In this document: positions 32,576 to 44,048 of the stretch, piece after piece
How positions within the stretch are numbered: the stretch's first letter is position 1
How the letters are laid out: every line of letters starts with the position of its first letter
Assembly: GCA_963758525.1 (NCBI GenBank)
Contig: CAVWVQ010000003.1
Coordinates: forward strand, 2,848,001 to 2,912,000
DNA from: an uncultured Phycisphaerales bacterium
Lineage (GTDB): Bacteria; Planctomycetota; Phycisphaerae; Tepidisphaerales; Tepidisphaeraceae
DNA: 64,000 nt
Reading direction: 5' to 3'
The notes under the pieces: model-generated
What the model was told of the DNA's origin: nothing
Seen by the model: only the letters and a program-made list of their open reading frames with translations
The model's database searches: none
Position numbers and translations under genes: made by a program

Positions 32576-34124
32576 ATGTCGGCGGCTGTCGAATCCCCAC
32601 TGAGTGAGGCGCTGCGACGCAGGGTCATCGGCGCCGGCGGCTCAACGCGATTGGGAAAATCGCTCTTCCTTGTGGCGCTGCTCATTGGCGTGGTTTGCCG
32701 GGTGGCGCAATACGCATCGGATCAATCCTACTGGCATGACGAGTCCGCGATTGTTCTCAACATTCGCAGCCACACCGCCCGGCAACTCCTGGGTCCGCTC
32801 GATTTTGAGCAGGCGGCGCCGCCGATGTTTTTGCTTACCGAGCGAGCGGTTTTCAATCTGGCGGGCGGCTCGGAGTACGCCATGCGCCTGCTCCCATTCT
32901 TGGCTGGGATCGGAGGGCTTTGCGTGTTCGCTCTCCTCGCGCGGCGGCTGCTGACTGCGCCATGGGACGCGTTGGCCCTGGCATGCTTCGCGCTTGGAGA
33001 TCGGCTGATCTGGCACGCGTCGGAAGCCAAGCCATATGCGCTGGACCTTTTCGTCGCGCTCTTACTGACGCTGCTGGCGGCGGGACAGCGGCGCGGACTG
33101 CCAGCTTCGACCCGGCTGCTTCGGGTGGCGCTGGCCGCGACGCTGGCGATGTGGTTCTCTTATCCAACCGTCCTGATTTTCGCGGCGCTGAGCCTCGCGC
33201 TGCTTCCCGAGACTGTTTCGGCAACCGGCGACGGGTGGATCCGTTATGTCCTGCTGAATGTTCCGCCGGCGGCGTCGTTTCTCTGCGTTTTTGCTCTTTC
33301 GGTACGGGTGCAGCAAAGCCATGCGCTGGTCCATTATTGGGACAGCGAATTTCTTGATCTGCACCGACCCTGGGAGTGGCCGTGGTGGCTTGCGCCATGT
33401 GCATTCGCTTTGCAATTACGCGTTGCCCCTTGCGGGACCGGCGGTTCTCGTCGGCGCGGTCGCGGGCGGGGTGGCGCTCTACCGCACGCGCGGGAAGCAG
33501 TTGCTGGCGATCCTTGCCGGTCCGTTGGCGATTGCGATCGTCGCGGCGGCGGCACACCGCTACCCGTTTGACGGGGCCCGGCTCACCCTCTTTCTCAGCG
33601 GATCGATGCTGCTCCTGGCCGTCATCGGGTTTGAATGGATCTTCTCGCAGGCGCCGCTGCGGCTGCGAAAGGCGACGCTGGCGCTTCCTGCATACGTGCT
33701 GATCACTGCGCTGATAACGGCGGCCATTCACATCGTTCACCCGCGCAACCGCGGCCACATGCGGCCGCTCGCGGAGCACCTCGCACGGCAAGTGAGGAGC
33801 GACGACGCGCTGTTTGTTCTCGAGCAATGCGAATTTGAATGTTATTGGAATTCCGATGACCCGCGTCTCCATTGGTCGCTTCCCCGCGCGGATGCCATCA
33901 CCGCTCGTCGGTTCTGGATCGTGTGGTCGTTTTCCAACACGCGCGCCGCCTCGCGGCGCGAGGCGATTCTCCAATGGGCGCGGAAATTCGCGAGGCAACG
34001 CGAACTGTTTGATTTGCGCGACGCACAGGCGGTGCTCTTTGAATCGACGGGCGCACCGATCGCGCCTCGCGACAACCAACCCCCGGATGTTGCGGGCGTG
34101 CCACATGATGCTCATCGCGATTGA
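32576..34124 (+). CDS. GT-C (PMT/ArnT-like) polytopic membrane glycosyltransferase, one frameshift
   Basis: SYWHDE, QAAPPMF, SEYAMRL, EAKPYA, YPFDGARL. Confidence 0.7.
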
Positions 34125-34149
34125 GCCGAAGTGATTCGTTTTCCCGCCG

Positions 34150-34935
34150 TCAACCGCCCTTGAACAGCCGGTTTATTTTCTTCAGCAGCTTCAGGCCGTG
34201 CAATTTCTGCAGATCGTTGAGCCGTCCCTTCACCGCGCCCACCTCGTGTTCGAGCACCGAAATGTGCGCCGCATCGGCAATGTCTGGTAGCGCATCGGCG
34301 TTTTGCTGATGGGTGATCGCGACCCATTTCTGCTGATTGGTGTGCGTCCAGCTCAGCGGCCGGCAGAGCAGCCCTTCGTCAGCCGCGAGTTTGGCGAAAT
34401 GTTCAACGGTGTAGCAGACCCTGCCTGGGTAAACCCATTCGGCGCCTTCATAGTCGGTTTCTCCAGGGAAATAGGTGGCCGCGAAGATGCCCGAAGGTTC
34501 CAGCGCCTGTTTCGCCTGGGAAAAACAGCGGCGAATTTGCGCCTGGGTGGCGTGTGAGAAGATCGACTGTGCCAGCATGTAGTCAAACTTGCGTCCAAAG
34601 GCGGTCAGCGTGAAATTCGTGTCATTGCTGAAGCTCGGCTGCTTGATCGCGACCAGATCCCCGCCAAGTTCAGTTTCGACTCCCTGATCGATGAGCCATT
34701 GCTCGGGCTCGATGCCGAAATATTTGCCGCGCTCCAGGTAGGGAATGAACAGTCGGCCGCCGCGCAGGGAGCCGCAGCCAATATCCAACAGCGTATGTTG
34801 CTGGCGAAGGCCCAGCGCTGTGAGCAGATTGAACTGACCCGCGCTGGCCAGGTCATATTTCTCCGGCGGCCCCACGAATTCGCGATGCGCCGCAGGGTGT
34901 TCACCAGACGATTCCGCCGAAGCCGGGCTGCTCAT
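34150..34935 (-). CDS. Class I SAM-dependent methyltransferase
   Basis: LLDIGCGSLRGG, FDYMLAQSIFSH. Confidence 0.85.
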   Translation of the reverse strand: MSSPASAESSGEHPAAHREFVGPPEKYDLASAGQFNLLTALGLRQQHTLLDIGCGSLRGGRLFIPYLERGKYFGIEPEQWLIDQGVETELGGDLVAIKQPSFSNDTNFTLTAFGRKFDYMLAQSIFSHATQAQIRRCFSQAKQALEPSGIFAATYFPGETDYEGAEWVYPGRVCYTVEHFAKLAADEGLLCRPLSWTHTNQQKWVAITHQQNADALPDIADAAHISVLEHEVGAVKGRLNDLQKLHGLKLLKKINRLFKGG

Positions 34936-34942
34936 TGATTCC

Positions 34943-36562
34943 TCAGTTGATCTTGTCGACGCGATGGAGAACCCACGGCTGGCCGTCCTGGGGCCCCTGG
35001 ACGGGCTCGCCAAGCGGCGCGCCGAGCTTCAGTTTCCGCTTGCTCAACTCAGCCTGCAGCGTGCTGGCGTGAACTGCTTCGCCAGACGCCGGGCGCGATT
35101 CGTCAAAGAACCCCTCCAGCGCGAATGCCGGTTGCCTGGGTCCCAGCAGGACGGTGTCCCCTTTTTCCAGCGCATACCGCCCGCTGATGTACGTCAGAAT
35201 GCGCGCGCACTTCGGCTCGACCAGCACCCAGTCGCGCGGTCCGACGTGCGTCTCCAGCAGCTTTCCGACGTTGCTCAACGACGCATAACATCCATCGCGG
35301 TAATGCTCGATGAACGGCACGCGCCGTTGCTCGAACGCCACCATCTGACCCAGCCGCAGCAGGTTGGTCGTCCCTCCCAGTATCAGCAGCCCCAGCAAGA
35401 CTTTGTCGGCCCACCGAGGCGGCAGCCGATGATTCAGCTTCGACAGCACGTCCCACCACGCGAAGACCAGAAGCGGAATCACGGGGAGAAAATAACGGTC
35501 CAGCGGCTTGAACAGGCAGAGCATCAGCACCGTGACAATCGCCCAGACGCCCCAGAGCTTGCGTTCGCGCAGGAGCCAGAACGACAGGCCGATCACCACC
35601 AGCGACAGCAGCGAATTCATTCCAAAAAACAGGGCGCTCCGAAGAGCGCTTTGACGCCCGACGATTCGAGCAGGCCGGGAATATTTTCCTTGAAAATCTG
35701 TCGCAGCAGCGTGGAAAGGCTGGCAAACTTCACGTTCAGCAGATAGTCCTCGTACCCGCCCACGCTGGGCGAGCCATGATGATGGCGAATGTTGAGTTTC
35801 CAGTAGAACAGCACGGCGGCGACGATAATTGTCGTAGCGATGAGAGCCGCCCAGAGGCGGGGAATTTCGCCCGCGAGCGCCGACCACATCACGCCGATCA
35901 CAATCGCCGCCAGGAGCAGAAGCATCACCGGGCGCATCGACATCGCCATCCCCAGGCCGCCGATGAGAAAAACCCAGTCAAACCATCGGGGCTGATGGGC
36001 TGGATCGCGCCGTGCGCGAAGACGATCGATTCGAGTCCGACGAGAACCGCCATGACCGCCACCAGAAACGGCATGTCCGACAGGAGTTCATACGAGTAGC
36101 GGTAGAAGAGCCGCGTCATGCCCAGCCCGAGCGTGACCATCGCGGCGGTCGGCCGGTCCGAGTGAAGCAGAAACAGCCGGTAGGTCAGCCCCAGCGCCGC
36201 CCATCCCATGAGGAGCATCACGATCAGCAGCGGCACGACGCTCTGCGTATGGAGGAGCCTGAAGATTCCCGCGAAAAGCAGAGGCAGCCCGGGATACGCC
36301 AGATGATGGGCAATTCCACGATAGGAATAGCCCAGCCCCATGCTGAGATTTGCGCCAGGCTGAGGTACAGCGCGCTGTCGCGCTCCACGCGCCACTGCCC
36401 GTTGAAACCGGCGAGATACATCGCGAACACCGCCAGAAAAAGCACGCGCCGATGGCGGTCGACGATGCCCAGGATCTTGTCAGAAAGACGCGACGGCTCT
36501 GCCTGCGGCCGCGCCATGACAGCGCTGCTCGTCGCGTGGTTCGCAACTTCGGTAACTTCCAT
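34943..36562 (-). CDS. Polytopic membrane protein, GT-C-like, about 3 frameshifts
   Basis: ERDSALYLSLA, YPGLPLL, LLSDMPF and RYFLPVIP across successive frames. Confidence 0.6.
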
Positions 36563-36767
36563 TGGTGCTCTGGCTGCCAATATAGTCCCCAACGCCCCGT
36601 GGGCAATCACGACGCAAATCGATCCGAAGCGCGGTCGCCGCTCGCGGCCTCCCAGCTTGCGCCTTCATCACCACTTGTCGGCGTCGCTCTCGTAGCTCGC
36701 TTTACGTTGTCGCTGGACCGGAAGGCGGCTATGCTTTCTTGAACAGTCCCAAGAGGAGCCGCTTTTC

Positions 36768-37412
36768 TTGCAAATCCTGGAGAAAGTTCCAACTCCCGCT
36801 CAGAATCCCCCAGTGCCGCGCGGTAGCGCCGGCAGGATTGTCGTTCTGGTCATTTGCATCGCCCTGATCGTGGAAGGCGCGGTGGCCTGGACCACGACGG
36901 TCCGGTGGTGGTTTTTCCCCAATAACTTTGCCGTCGTCGAGCCGGGGAAGCTCTACCGCAGCGCCCAGCTCTCACGGTATCTGATCCGCCGGACGCTGCT
37001 GGATCACCACATCGGCCTGGTCATCGATCTGTCCAGAGACGATACCCCCGACACCGCCGCCGAACGGCGAATCACTTCCGAGCTTGGCATCCCCCGGCTC
37101 AATTTCGTGCTGCGCGGCAACGGCACCGGCCATCCCGACCGCTACCCCAGCGCCATCGCCGCCATCGTCCACGCCAACGCCGCGGGGAAAGCCGTTCTGG
37201 TCCATTGCCAATCCGGCGCCCAGCGCACCGGCGGGGTGATCGCCACCTATCGAATGCTCATCGAGGGAAAAAGCGAAGCCGAAGCATTTGCCGAAGCGGA
37301 GCGATACGGGCACGATCCGAAGCGCAACCCGAACCTCATTCCGTTCGTTGAGTCGCACCTTCAGGAATGGAAAGCGCAACTGGCGGCTGAGCATGTGTTG
37401 CCGGGGACTTGA
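36768..37412 (+). CDS. Membrane-anchored dual-specificity/tyrosine phosphatase family protein
   Basis: NFAVVEPGKLYRSAQ; P-loop VLVHCQSGAQRTG. Confidence 0.85.
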   Translation: MQILEKVPTPAQNPPVPRGSAGRIVVLVICIALIVEGAVAWTTTVRWWFFPNNFAVVEPGKLYRSAQLSRYLIRRTLLDHHIGLVIDLSRDDTPDTAAERRITSELGIPRLNFVLRGNGTGHPDRYPSAIAAIVHANAAGKAVLVHCQSGAQRTGGVIATYRMLIEGKSEAEAFAEAERYGHDPKRNPNLIPFVESHLQEWKAQLAAEHVLPGT

Positions 37413-37473
37413 ACTTTGGCGCAGTGCCGGCAAAGGCGATAAGACGGCCAAGCCTCTTTGAATTTCAACCGCT

Positions 37474-40472
37474 TCATTTCCCCTTTGCTTGGTGCAACGA
37501 ATTTCCGGCAGCGACGATGTCAGCCTTGAGCGTTGCATTGTTCAGGATGGCATCGTAGGTTCCCGACGCCGCTGACGTGTCCTGGGCGAACAAAGCCTGC
37601 GCTATCTGTTTTTGAGCCGAGGCGCTGATGCCCAATTGGTCCGATGTGCCCACGAACGCGGCAGGCAGCCCGTTGTTGTCTACCGTTTGCTCAAAGTTAT
37701 CCACGTCGTTCGAGGAAACCGTGGTCTGGCCAAGGCCGGCTTTGTCGAGTTGCGCCGTTTCACGCTCCGTCAGCTTCGGCTCGGCCAATAAGAAAGAGGC
37801 CTCGCGCAATTTGTAGGCCGTGAGCGCAGAGCGTTGTATCTTCTCCCACTTGGTGCTCTTCGCACTCGTCGCGCCGCTGAGACGGTTCTCAGTGGTATAT
37901 GCCGCACTGGCGTAGTCAATGATCTCTTCGAGGTTCAATTCGACAACATTGATTGCCGAAACAAGCGGCTTGGCATTCTTAACGCCAACAAAGCTCTTGG
38001 CGGTTGAGAATATTGCCCTGGTCGGTGCTGCGGGTTTGGCGATAGTCTCATAGGCCGGGCTTGCAGGGTCCACTGCAAGTTGATCGAGATCCAATGACGC
38101 GAGCGCCGAGAGAACCGCGTTCGTAGTCGCCGCTGAAGCGATGCCGGGGACGTTAGGGACGTCGCTTGCAAAATCATTGGCCGCAGCTGCAGCGCCAGCT
38201 GCGGAAGTATCGAAACCGGCTGAGGTCGTCGACACGGCGGCTTGCTGCGATGGGGTCAGGCCGCTATTCGTCGACTGTACGTAAGCAGTGACTACCGCTG
38301 ATTCGTCTCCGTCCCAGCCTTGGGATATTGCGGAGAGTGAATCGACCGAGCTCTGGTTGTTTGAAGTCACCGCTTGGGTGGTGTAACTGTATACCGAGGT
38401 CGCGTTATACGTCGCGTCGTTCGCTACGGTGCCACCGTTGGCGTTTGTGATCAGCAGCGACTCGCCTTCACCATTCTCATTTTCGTCGGTCGTTGAATAC
38501 TGAATTTCGACGGAGATTGCGGTACCCGGCGCAACGCCGTCAAGTGGCACTGGACCTCCATCAATGGGAATGTTGAATGTCCCAGGCATTCCGGTCACCG
38601 TTACCGAGCCCATGGCCGTAATGCTTGAATCCATATTTAACGTTTCGGTGACGGTTGCCGTCCCGCTTGCCACACCCGTCACCATACCATCACCGTCGAC
38701 GGTTGCAGTCTGGTCGTCGCTGGAGCTAAAGGTGACTGCGCCAGGGTCCAAGATGATTGGCTTGCCTTTTGCGCCGTTTGCGGTGACGTTCAACGCTTCA
38801 GTCCCACCAACATCGAGCGCAATGGGAGCGATGGTAAAAGTGGTTGCATAGTTCCCGTGCATGAGCAGCGTCATGTCGTCGGATTGCCGTCCCGAATCAC
38901 CCTGAAAACTGATGGAACTGAGGTCATTGGCCGCGGCAGTATAATTGGTGCCTGCGTTATCCGAGTTACTACCCTGAATCTCGGCCCGAAGCGCGGGCGT
39001 TGACAACACACCTTGATACTTCATATCGACTAGGGCGATTTGCGGATCGCGGTCGAGTTTATAAAACTCGGACTTGTAATTCCCCTGCGCAGCGTTGAAC
39101 TTCACATATATCGTATACAAAAGTACGGTCCAAGCCTGCGCTGGCGTGATGACCGGAGTCTTAGACTGCGGATTAGCGTTATAGGACTTCATCACGTCCG
39201 AGTATTTAAGCCCCGCCGCAGCCAAGGCCTTGGTAGCAAATGCCTTATTGTTGTGCGGCCCGCTCGCCGCTACATTCAAGCCGTACCCAACCGTCGGGAC
39301 CGGCGGCACGTCACTGTCTGAGTAGACATAATCCCGAAATTTTTCGTGGTAGGCAATTACCTCAGCCATTGCGGGATCCACTGGGCTAATTGGGCCAGCT
39401 AGGCTCTGTCTGACGGATCGAATGTTCGGCGCTCGTTAGGTATTGCGCGTTCTTCTATGATCGTCATGATGTTCTCCACATGGAGGACAGATGGCGCACT
39501 ACGAACTCACGGATGATCACTGGAACCTGATCAAGGCACTTTTCCCCGTACAAAAACGTGGCGGACGATGGAACGACCACCGCATCACGCTCAATGGGAT
39601 GCTCTGGATTCTTCGCTCCGGAGCTCCATGGCGAGACATGCCCGAACGCTACGGGAAATGGAAGAGCGTCTATGATCGCTTCAACCGCTGGCGGCGCGAA
39701 GGCTTCTTCGATCGCATCCTCAAAGCACTGCGGATTCGACTCAACAAGGAGGGCAAGATCGATTGGGATCTCTGGCTCGTCGACGGCTCCAATGTGCGTG
39801 CTTCTCGCGCTGCCGCCGGGCGCGCAAAAGGGGGCGCGGCCTCGACTTCGAACCGGCCGACCACGCGCTGGGCCGCTCGCGCGGCGGATGGGGATCAAAG
39901 TTCCACGTGGTTACTGACGGAAAGGGCCTTGTGCTCGCCGTCACCGTTACCGCGGGGCAAACGCACGAATCCACGCAGCTCCACAAGGTGATGCACGCGG
40001 TGCAGCCCCCCTGCACATCGGCTGGCCGGGGAAGATCGCGGGCGACAAAGGGTACAGCTACGAAACCGTTCGCCAGTTCCTGGCCGATTGCGGGATCGAA
40101 GCCGTCATCCCGCGCAAATCCAATCAGCCACGACCAAAGGGCGAGCGATTCGATAAAAGCAGCTACCGCAAACGAAGCCGCATCGAGTGTGCTATCGGAT
40201 GGCTCAAGGAATGTCGTCGGCTGGGAACACGCTATGAGAAGCTGGCTCTTAACTTCTTGAGCTTCGCCAAACTCGCTATCATGCTGAAATACCTGAGGGT
40301 TCTCGATCCGTCAGACAGAGCCTAACGGACCGCTAATGCCATCCCCGGCACCGGCAAGAACCTCACTTGCATTTGCGTGAATGACGTCATAACCCGCCTG
40401 TGTTACAGCATTTGGATCGTTTATGTCTATGGAATAGGAAAATAGAATTCTAGCTTCCAAGCTCTGAATCAT
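37474..40472 (-). pseudogene. Secreted LEPR-XLL-motif protein with a GH24 lysozyme-like domain and Big_2 Ig domain, interrupted by IS5
   Basis: Removing the IS and one TA joins MIQSLEARILFS (ATG at 40472) in frame to ORF 37474-39381; HEKFRDYVYSD...PTVGYG; VTFSSSDDQTATVDGDGMVTGV. Confidence 0.8.
39402..40322 (+). mobile_element. IS5-family insertion sequence (IS427-like), 921 bp
   Basis: 20-bp perfect TIRs GGCTCTGTCTGACGGATCGA; TA duplication; transposase 39491-40325 (YELTDDHW, WRDMPERYG, DKGY, RYEK) with an AAAAGGGGG slip site near 39826. Confidence 0.93.
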
Positions 40473-40655
40473 TTGATGCCCCTTCTGGAGGATTGGACAA
40501 TATTGGCATTCCAGCGAGAGTCAGTCAAGATAATCCCCGAGCCACGACAGAAATGCAGCGTGGCTTCGAGGCTGACTACGTATTGGCAGTCCGCGGGTCG
40601 ATTTGGAGCCGGAAATCGCTGGTTGTAATCGCCGATAAGCCGATAAGCCGGCTAT

Positions 40656-40760
40656 ATGCAAACGTCGATCCGCCAGCCGTACGCTGAATTGAGTCTGCCC
40701 GGGATCAAGCCGATCGATTTCCGCTCGCGGCCCACACGGATCATCGGCGAGCGCTTTTTG
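40656..40760 (+). pseudogene. Truncated ASCH-domain 5' fragment, copy 1
   Basis: SIRQPYAEL..GIKPIDFRSRPTRIIGERF. Confidence 0.7.
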
Positions 40761-40762
40761 AG

Positions 40763-41014
40763 TCAATCTTCCAGCGTTGGGATGAGCAGCACGCGTTTGT
40801 CGCCTTCGGCGCGGAGTTGCCGCTCGATCTGTGACATTAGCCTGGCGTGATCGGAGGCGCGAACGCCGGGTTGGCTGGGAACAACAACAACATAAAGCCA
40901 GTCGTCATCCAGTTTGGAGTCTGACACCTTGAGGTGGATGCCTTGCGTCTCCGCCTGTTTGAGAAGGTGCTCGACCTTTTTCACGATGGGATCAATTTGC
41001 TGCAGGGTGGGCAT
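40763..41014 (-). CDS. 83-aa hypothetical protein, candidate partner/antitoxin of the HEPN gene
   Basis: Co-oriented directly downstream of the HEPN gene; GAAAGG RBS. Confidence 0.65.
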   Translation of the reverse strand: MPTLQQIDPIVKKVEHLLKQAETQGIHLKVSDSKLDDDWLYVVVVPSQPGVRASDHARLMSQIERQLRAEGDKRVLLIPTLED

Positions 41015-41090
41015 GCCGGGCCTTTCAAACCTAAATGAACGTGCGCGATTACGCGCACGTGCGAGCAGTATGCTGCCCTCAGGGCAGCCG

Positions 41091-41490
41091 CTAAACGGTT
41101 TTTGGAAGCGCGTAATCGCGCAAGGTCATATAGAACGAATCAAAGATCGTCTTCATGATGGTGATCGCTTCTCGTGCGTCCCGGCTCTCGACGGCAACCG
41201 AGGGCTTGTAGTCGGCGTCGATCCGAAGCGTATACAATCGCCCGACCAATTCGGACAACTTTTCGCGTTTCTCCTGCCGCATGTTGGGCATGCTGGTCTC
41301 GATGAGCCTTCGAATGCCTGCACGACCGGTTTTGCCCGGATGACTCGGCCCCTCGCGATCGGGTGGCATGGTCAAACCCGCCGTTACAACCAACTCATGG
41401 GTGACCTTCGAATAAGCGGCATAGTAAGCTCGTGACATGCACGAGCGAAATCTTTCCAGCTCCATCAGCTCGTTCTAATTCAACCCACAT
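41091..41490 (-). CDS. HEPN-domain protein, N-terminus apparently damaged
   Basis: SRAYYAAY, SH, LRIDADY; upstream MWVEL (ATG 41490) is out of frame with NELMELERF. Confidence 0.72.
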
Positions 41491-41539
41491 ATTTCACACC
41501 CGAAGCATCATCGCAGCATTTTAGCCGATACCGCATACT

Positions 41540-41662
41540 ATGCGAGCGCTAAGCATCCGTCATGCTAAGCATCCGTCAGCCGTACGCTGAATTGATTCCG
41601 CGGGGAGTCAAGCCGATCGGGTCCCGCTCGCGACCGGCGCGGTCATCGGCGAGCGGTTTTTT
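41540..41662 (+). pseudogene. Truncated ASCH-domain 5' fragment, copy 2, with an internal tandem duplication
   Basis: MRALSIRQPYAELIPRGVKPI..RSRP...IGERF; gctaagcatccgtca is duplicated. Confidence 0.7.
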
Positions 41663-41674
41663 AAGACCTCCTTG

Positions 41675-42652
41675 TCAAAATCCGGCCGCCGGCGCGAATT
41701 TTCCGATCAGCACGCCCGCCGCGAACACCAGGGCTCCGCCGAGCATCACTTGCACGGCGGCGGTGACGAGCGGCGAATCCATGTAGCGATGGCGGATCCA
41801 GGAAATGACGCACAGCTCAATCGCCACGATCACGACGGCGATCGCCGTCGCAATTCGGAAGCTGCGGAGCAGATAGGGCAACGTATGACCGAGCCCGCCG
41901 GCGGCGGTCATCGCCCCGCAGACAACGCCGCGCAGCAGCGGCTTTCCCCGGCCGCTGAGCGTGCCATCATCCGACAGCGCCTCGGCAAAGCCCATTGAGA
42001 TGCCTGCTCCGACCGAGGCGGCCAGCCCGGTGATCAGCGCGTCCCGGCTGTCTTTGGTTGCGAACGCGATCGCGAACAGCGGGGCGAGCGTCGAAACCGA
42101 TCCGTCCATCAGCCCCGCGAGCCCAGGCTGGACGATCTGCAGCACGAACATCCGCCGTCGCGCCACGTCCTCCTCATCGCGCACTTCCGGCGGGAGGTGC
42201 TCCTTCTCCAATTCCCCCGCGCGGCTGGCGTGTTGCCGTTCAATCTCCGCCAGGTCGCCCAGCAGCTTGCGCACCTGTGCATCCTGCGAGTGCTGGGCGG
42301 CATGCTCGTAAAATCTTCGAGTTTCGTACTCCATTGACTCGGCGCGCTTCCGCATCGCGTCGAGACCCAACTGCTGAGTCAGCCAGACCGGCTTGCGCTT
42401 GATGAAGCCCTTCACGTCCTGCCTGCGAATCAGCGGAATGTGGTCCCCAAAACGCTGGCGATAAAGATCGAGCAGCATGCGGCGGTGCTCGTCTTCCTCG
42501 GCCATCATTTTCTTGAACACCTCGGCGCTCGCCGGGTAGGTGGTCCGGAGCCGATCGGCAAATTCGCCGTAGATGCGCCCGTCTTCATCTTCCGATGCAA
42601 TTGCCAGCGCCAGGATCTCCTGCTCGGTGAGATGCTTGAATGCTTTAGCCAT
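41675..42652 (-). CDS. mbfA: Rubrerythrin-VIT1 iron exporter MbfA
   Basis: LALAIASEDEDGRIY, EExxH, QPGLAGLMDGSVSTLAP, GISMGFAEALSDDG. Confidence 0.92.
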   Translation of the reverse strand: MAKAFKHLTEQEILALAIASEDEDGRIYGEFADRLRTTYPASAEVFKKMMAEEDEHRRMLLDLYRQRFGDHIPLIRRQDVKGFIKRKPVWLTQQLGLDAMRKRAESMEYETRRFYEHAAQHSQDAQVRKLLGDLAEIERQHASRAGELEKEHLPPEVRDEEDVARRRMFVLQIVQPGLAGLMDGSVSTLAPLFAIAFATKDSRDALITGLAASVGAGISMGFAEALSDDGTLSGRGKPLLRGVVCGAMTAAGGLGHTLPYLLRSFRIATAIAVVIVAIELCVISWIRHRYMDSPLVTAAVQVMLGGALVFAAGVLIGKFAPAAGF

Positions 42653-42732
42653 GATTCGGCATATCATATCCAGCGCAGAGTGAAAGGCGCGCGAAGTTGC
42701 GGAATCCATCACGGCGCGGTCTGATTGCCCGC

Positions 42733-43299
42733 ATGATTCAATTGAGACATTTCCGCCTGCTCTTGACGATCGGAGTCGCAAGCACTTGCCTGTCGTGCGC
42801 AAAAGATCCCAATTACTACTCGAAGGTTTCCGATGTCGGCGAAGGGGGCCGGGGATACACGATCACGCGAATTCCCATCGAGAAGCCGGCAGTTGCGCCG
42901 ACAGCGCCTCTGCCGCCCGGCGACGCGACCGTTCATGAAACCGGCGTTCGCAAGTCTCAGACGCAATGGATGACCGCGCTGAAGGAACATTCGCCGTTCG
43001 ATCTGTCGGATCTGATGGAGGATCGCTTTACCCTCGTCGGCCCCGACGGGAGCACGCTCGGCAAGGATGAATTCGTCGCGCTCGTCCGCGACGGCCGGCT
43101 GGTGGTTCAATCCGAAGACATCGAAGAATCGTCCGTGGCCGAGTATGGCAACGCCGCGATCATGAACGGCATCGTCAAGATTCAGGCCACGAATGACGGC
43201 AATGACATCAGCGGCTCCTACCGCTTCGTGGACACATGGATCTGGAAGAGTGGAAAGTGGAAGAAGGCGTCGGCGGTCTTTTTGAGCATCAAGGAATGA
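42733..43299 (+). CDS. Lipoprotein with an NTF2-like (DUF4440) domain
   Basis: Lipobox-like CLSC; YGNAAI, YRFVDTWIWKSGKWK. Confidence 0.7.
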   Translation: MIQLRHFRLLLTIGVASTCLSCAKDPNYYSKVSDVGEGGRGYTITRIPIEKPAVAPTAPLPPGDATVHETGVRKSQTQWMTALKEHSPFDLSDLMEDRFTLVGPDGSTLGKDEFVALVRDGRLVVQSEDIEESSVAEYGNAAIMNGIVKIQATNDGNDISGSYRFVDTWIWKSGKWKKASAVFLSIKE

Positions 43300-44006
43300 A
43301 CACCGCCCACGGCTCCCTGCATCGCCGGGTTCTGCTCGTCTGGATGCTGGCATTGACCACCGGCGCTTCGCTGGGGCTGCAACTGGTCCGCCAGGCCTGG
43401 ACCCGGGAAGGGCGATTCTGGAACATCGCCTGGGACCTTTTCCTCGCATGGGTTCCCCTCGCGGCGGCGGTCGCGCTGGAATGGATTCATCGCAGCCATC
43501 CGCGGCGCAACTGGGCGCTGCTGGCGGCGCTGGCCATCCTCTGGCTTCTCTTTTTCCCCAACGCCCCGTATCTCGTCACCGAATTCGTTCATCTCGGTCC
43601 GCAGCCGCAGCGTGACGCCGTCTGGTGGTGCGACCTGGTCGTCATCCTCCTGATCGCCTGGAACGGCGTCCTCCTGGGCTTTGCGTCGCTCTATCTCGTG
43701 CAACAAGTGATCCGCGAACACCTCGGCGCATCCGCAAGCTGGTTCGTCGCGACGGCATGCCTCGCCCTGGCAAGTCTGGGAATATCGATGGGCCGATTCG
43801 AGCGCCTCAACAGTTGGGACGCGATCGTGCATCCCCGCACGATTGTCCGCTGCTTCCGCCGGTTCGAGGACCCGCATATGTTTGCCCGCAATGTGGGGCT
43901 GGCGGTGCTGCTGGGAGGGATGCTGCTGCTGGAGTATGTAACACTGGCGGCGTTGATCGCAGCGGTGAGTGGGGGTCGCGCACGGACGCTTCTGGAAGAG
44001 CAGTGA
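43296..44006 (+). CDS. DUF1361 membrane protein
   Basis: WDLFLAWVP, WLLFFPNAPY, GRFERLNSWD. Confidence 0.85.
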   Translation: MNTAHGSLHRRVLLVWMLALTTGASLGLQLVRQAWTREGRFWNIAWDLFLAWVPLAAAVALEWIHRSHPRRNWALLAALAILWLLFFPNAPYLVTEFVHLGPQPQRDAVWWCDLVVILLIAWNGVLLGFASLYLVQQVIREHLGASASWFVATACLALASLGISMGRFERLNSWDAIVHPRTIVRCFRRFEDPHMFARNVGLAVLLGGMLLLEYVTLAALIAAVSGGRARTLLEEQ

Positions 44007-44048
44007 GTTTGGGCTCGCGGATTGTCCTCGAACCGTCGTCCGTGTGTC

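Noticed and set aside
31654..32600. Several short ORFs between the island and the GT-C gene
   Set aside because: No motifs, overlap repeats, AT-rich promoter-like sequence; cannot be supported as genes
37474..39381. Prophage, suggested by the lysozyme-like domain
   Set aside because: No holin, structural or integrase genes nearby; the protein carries a host secretion motif
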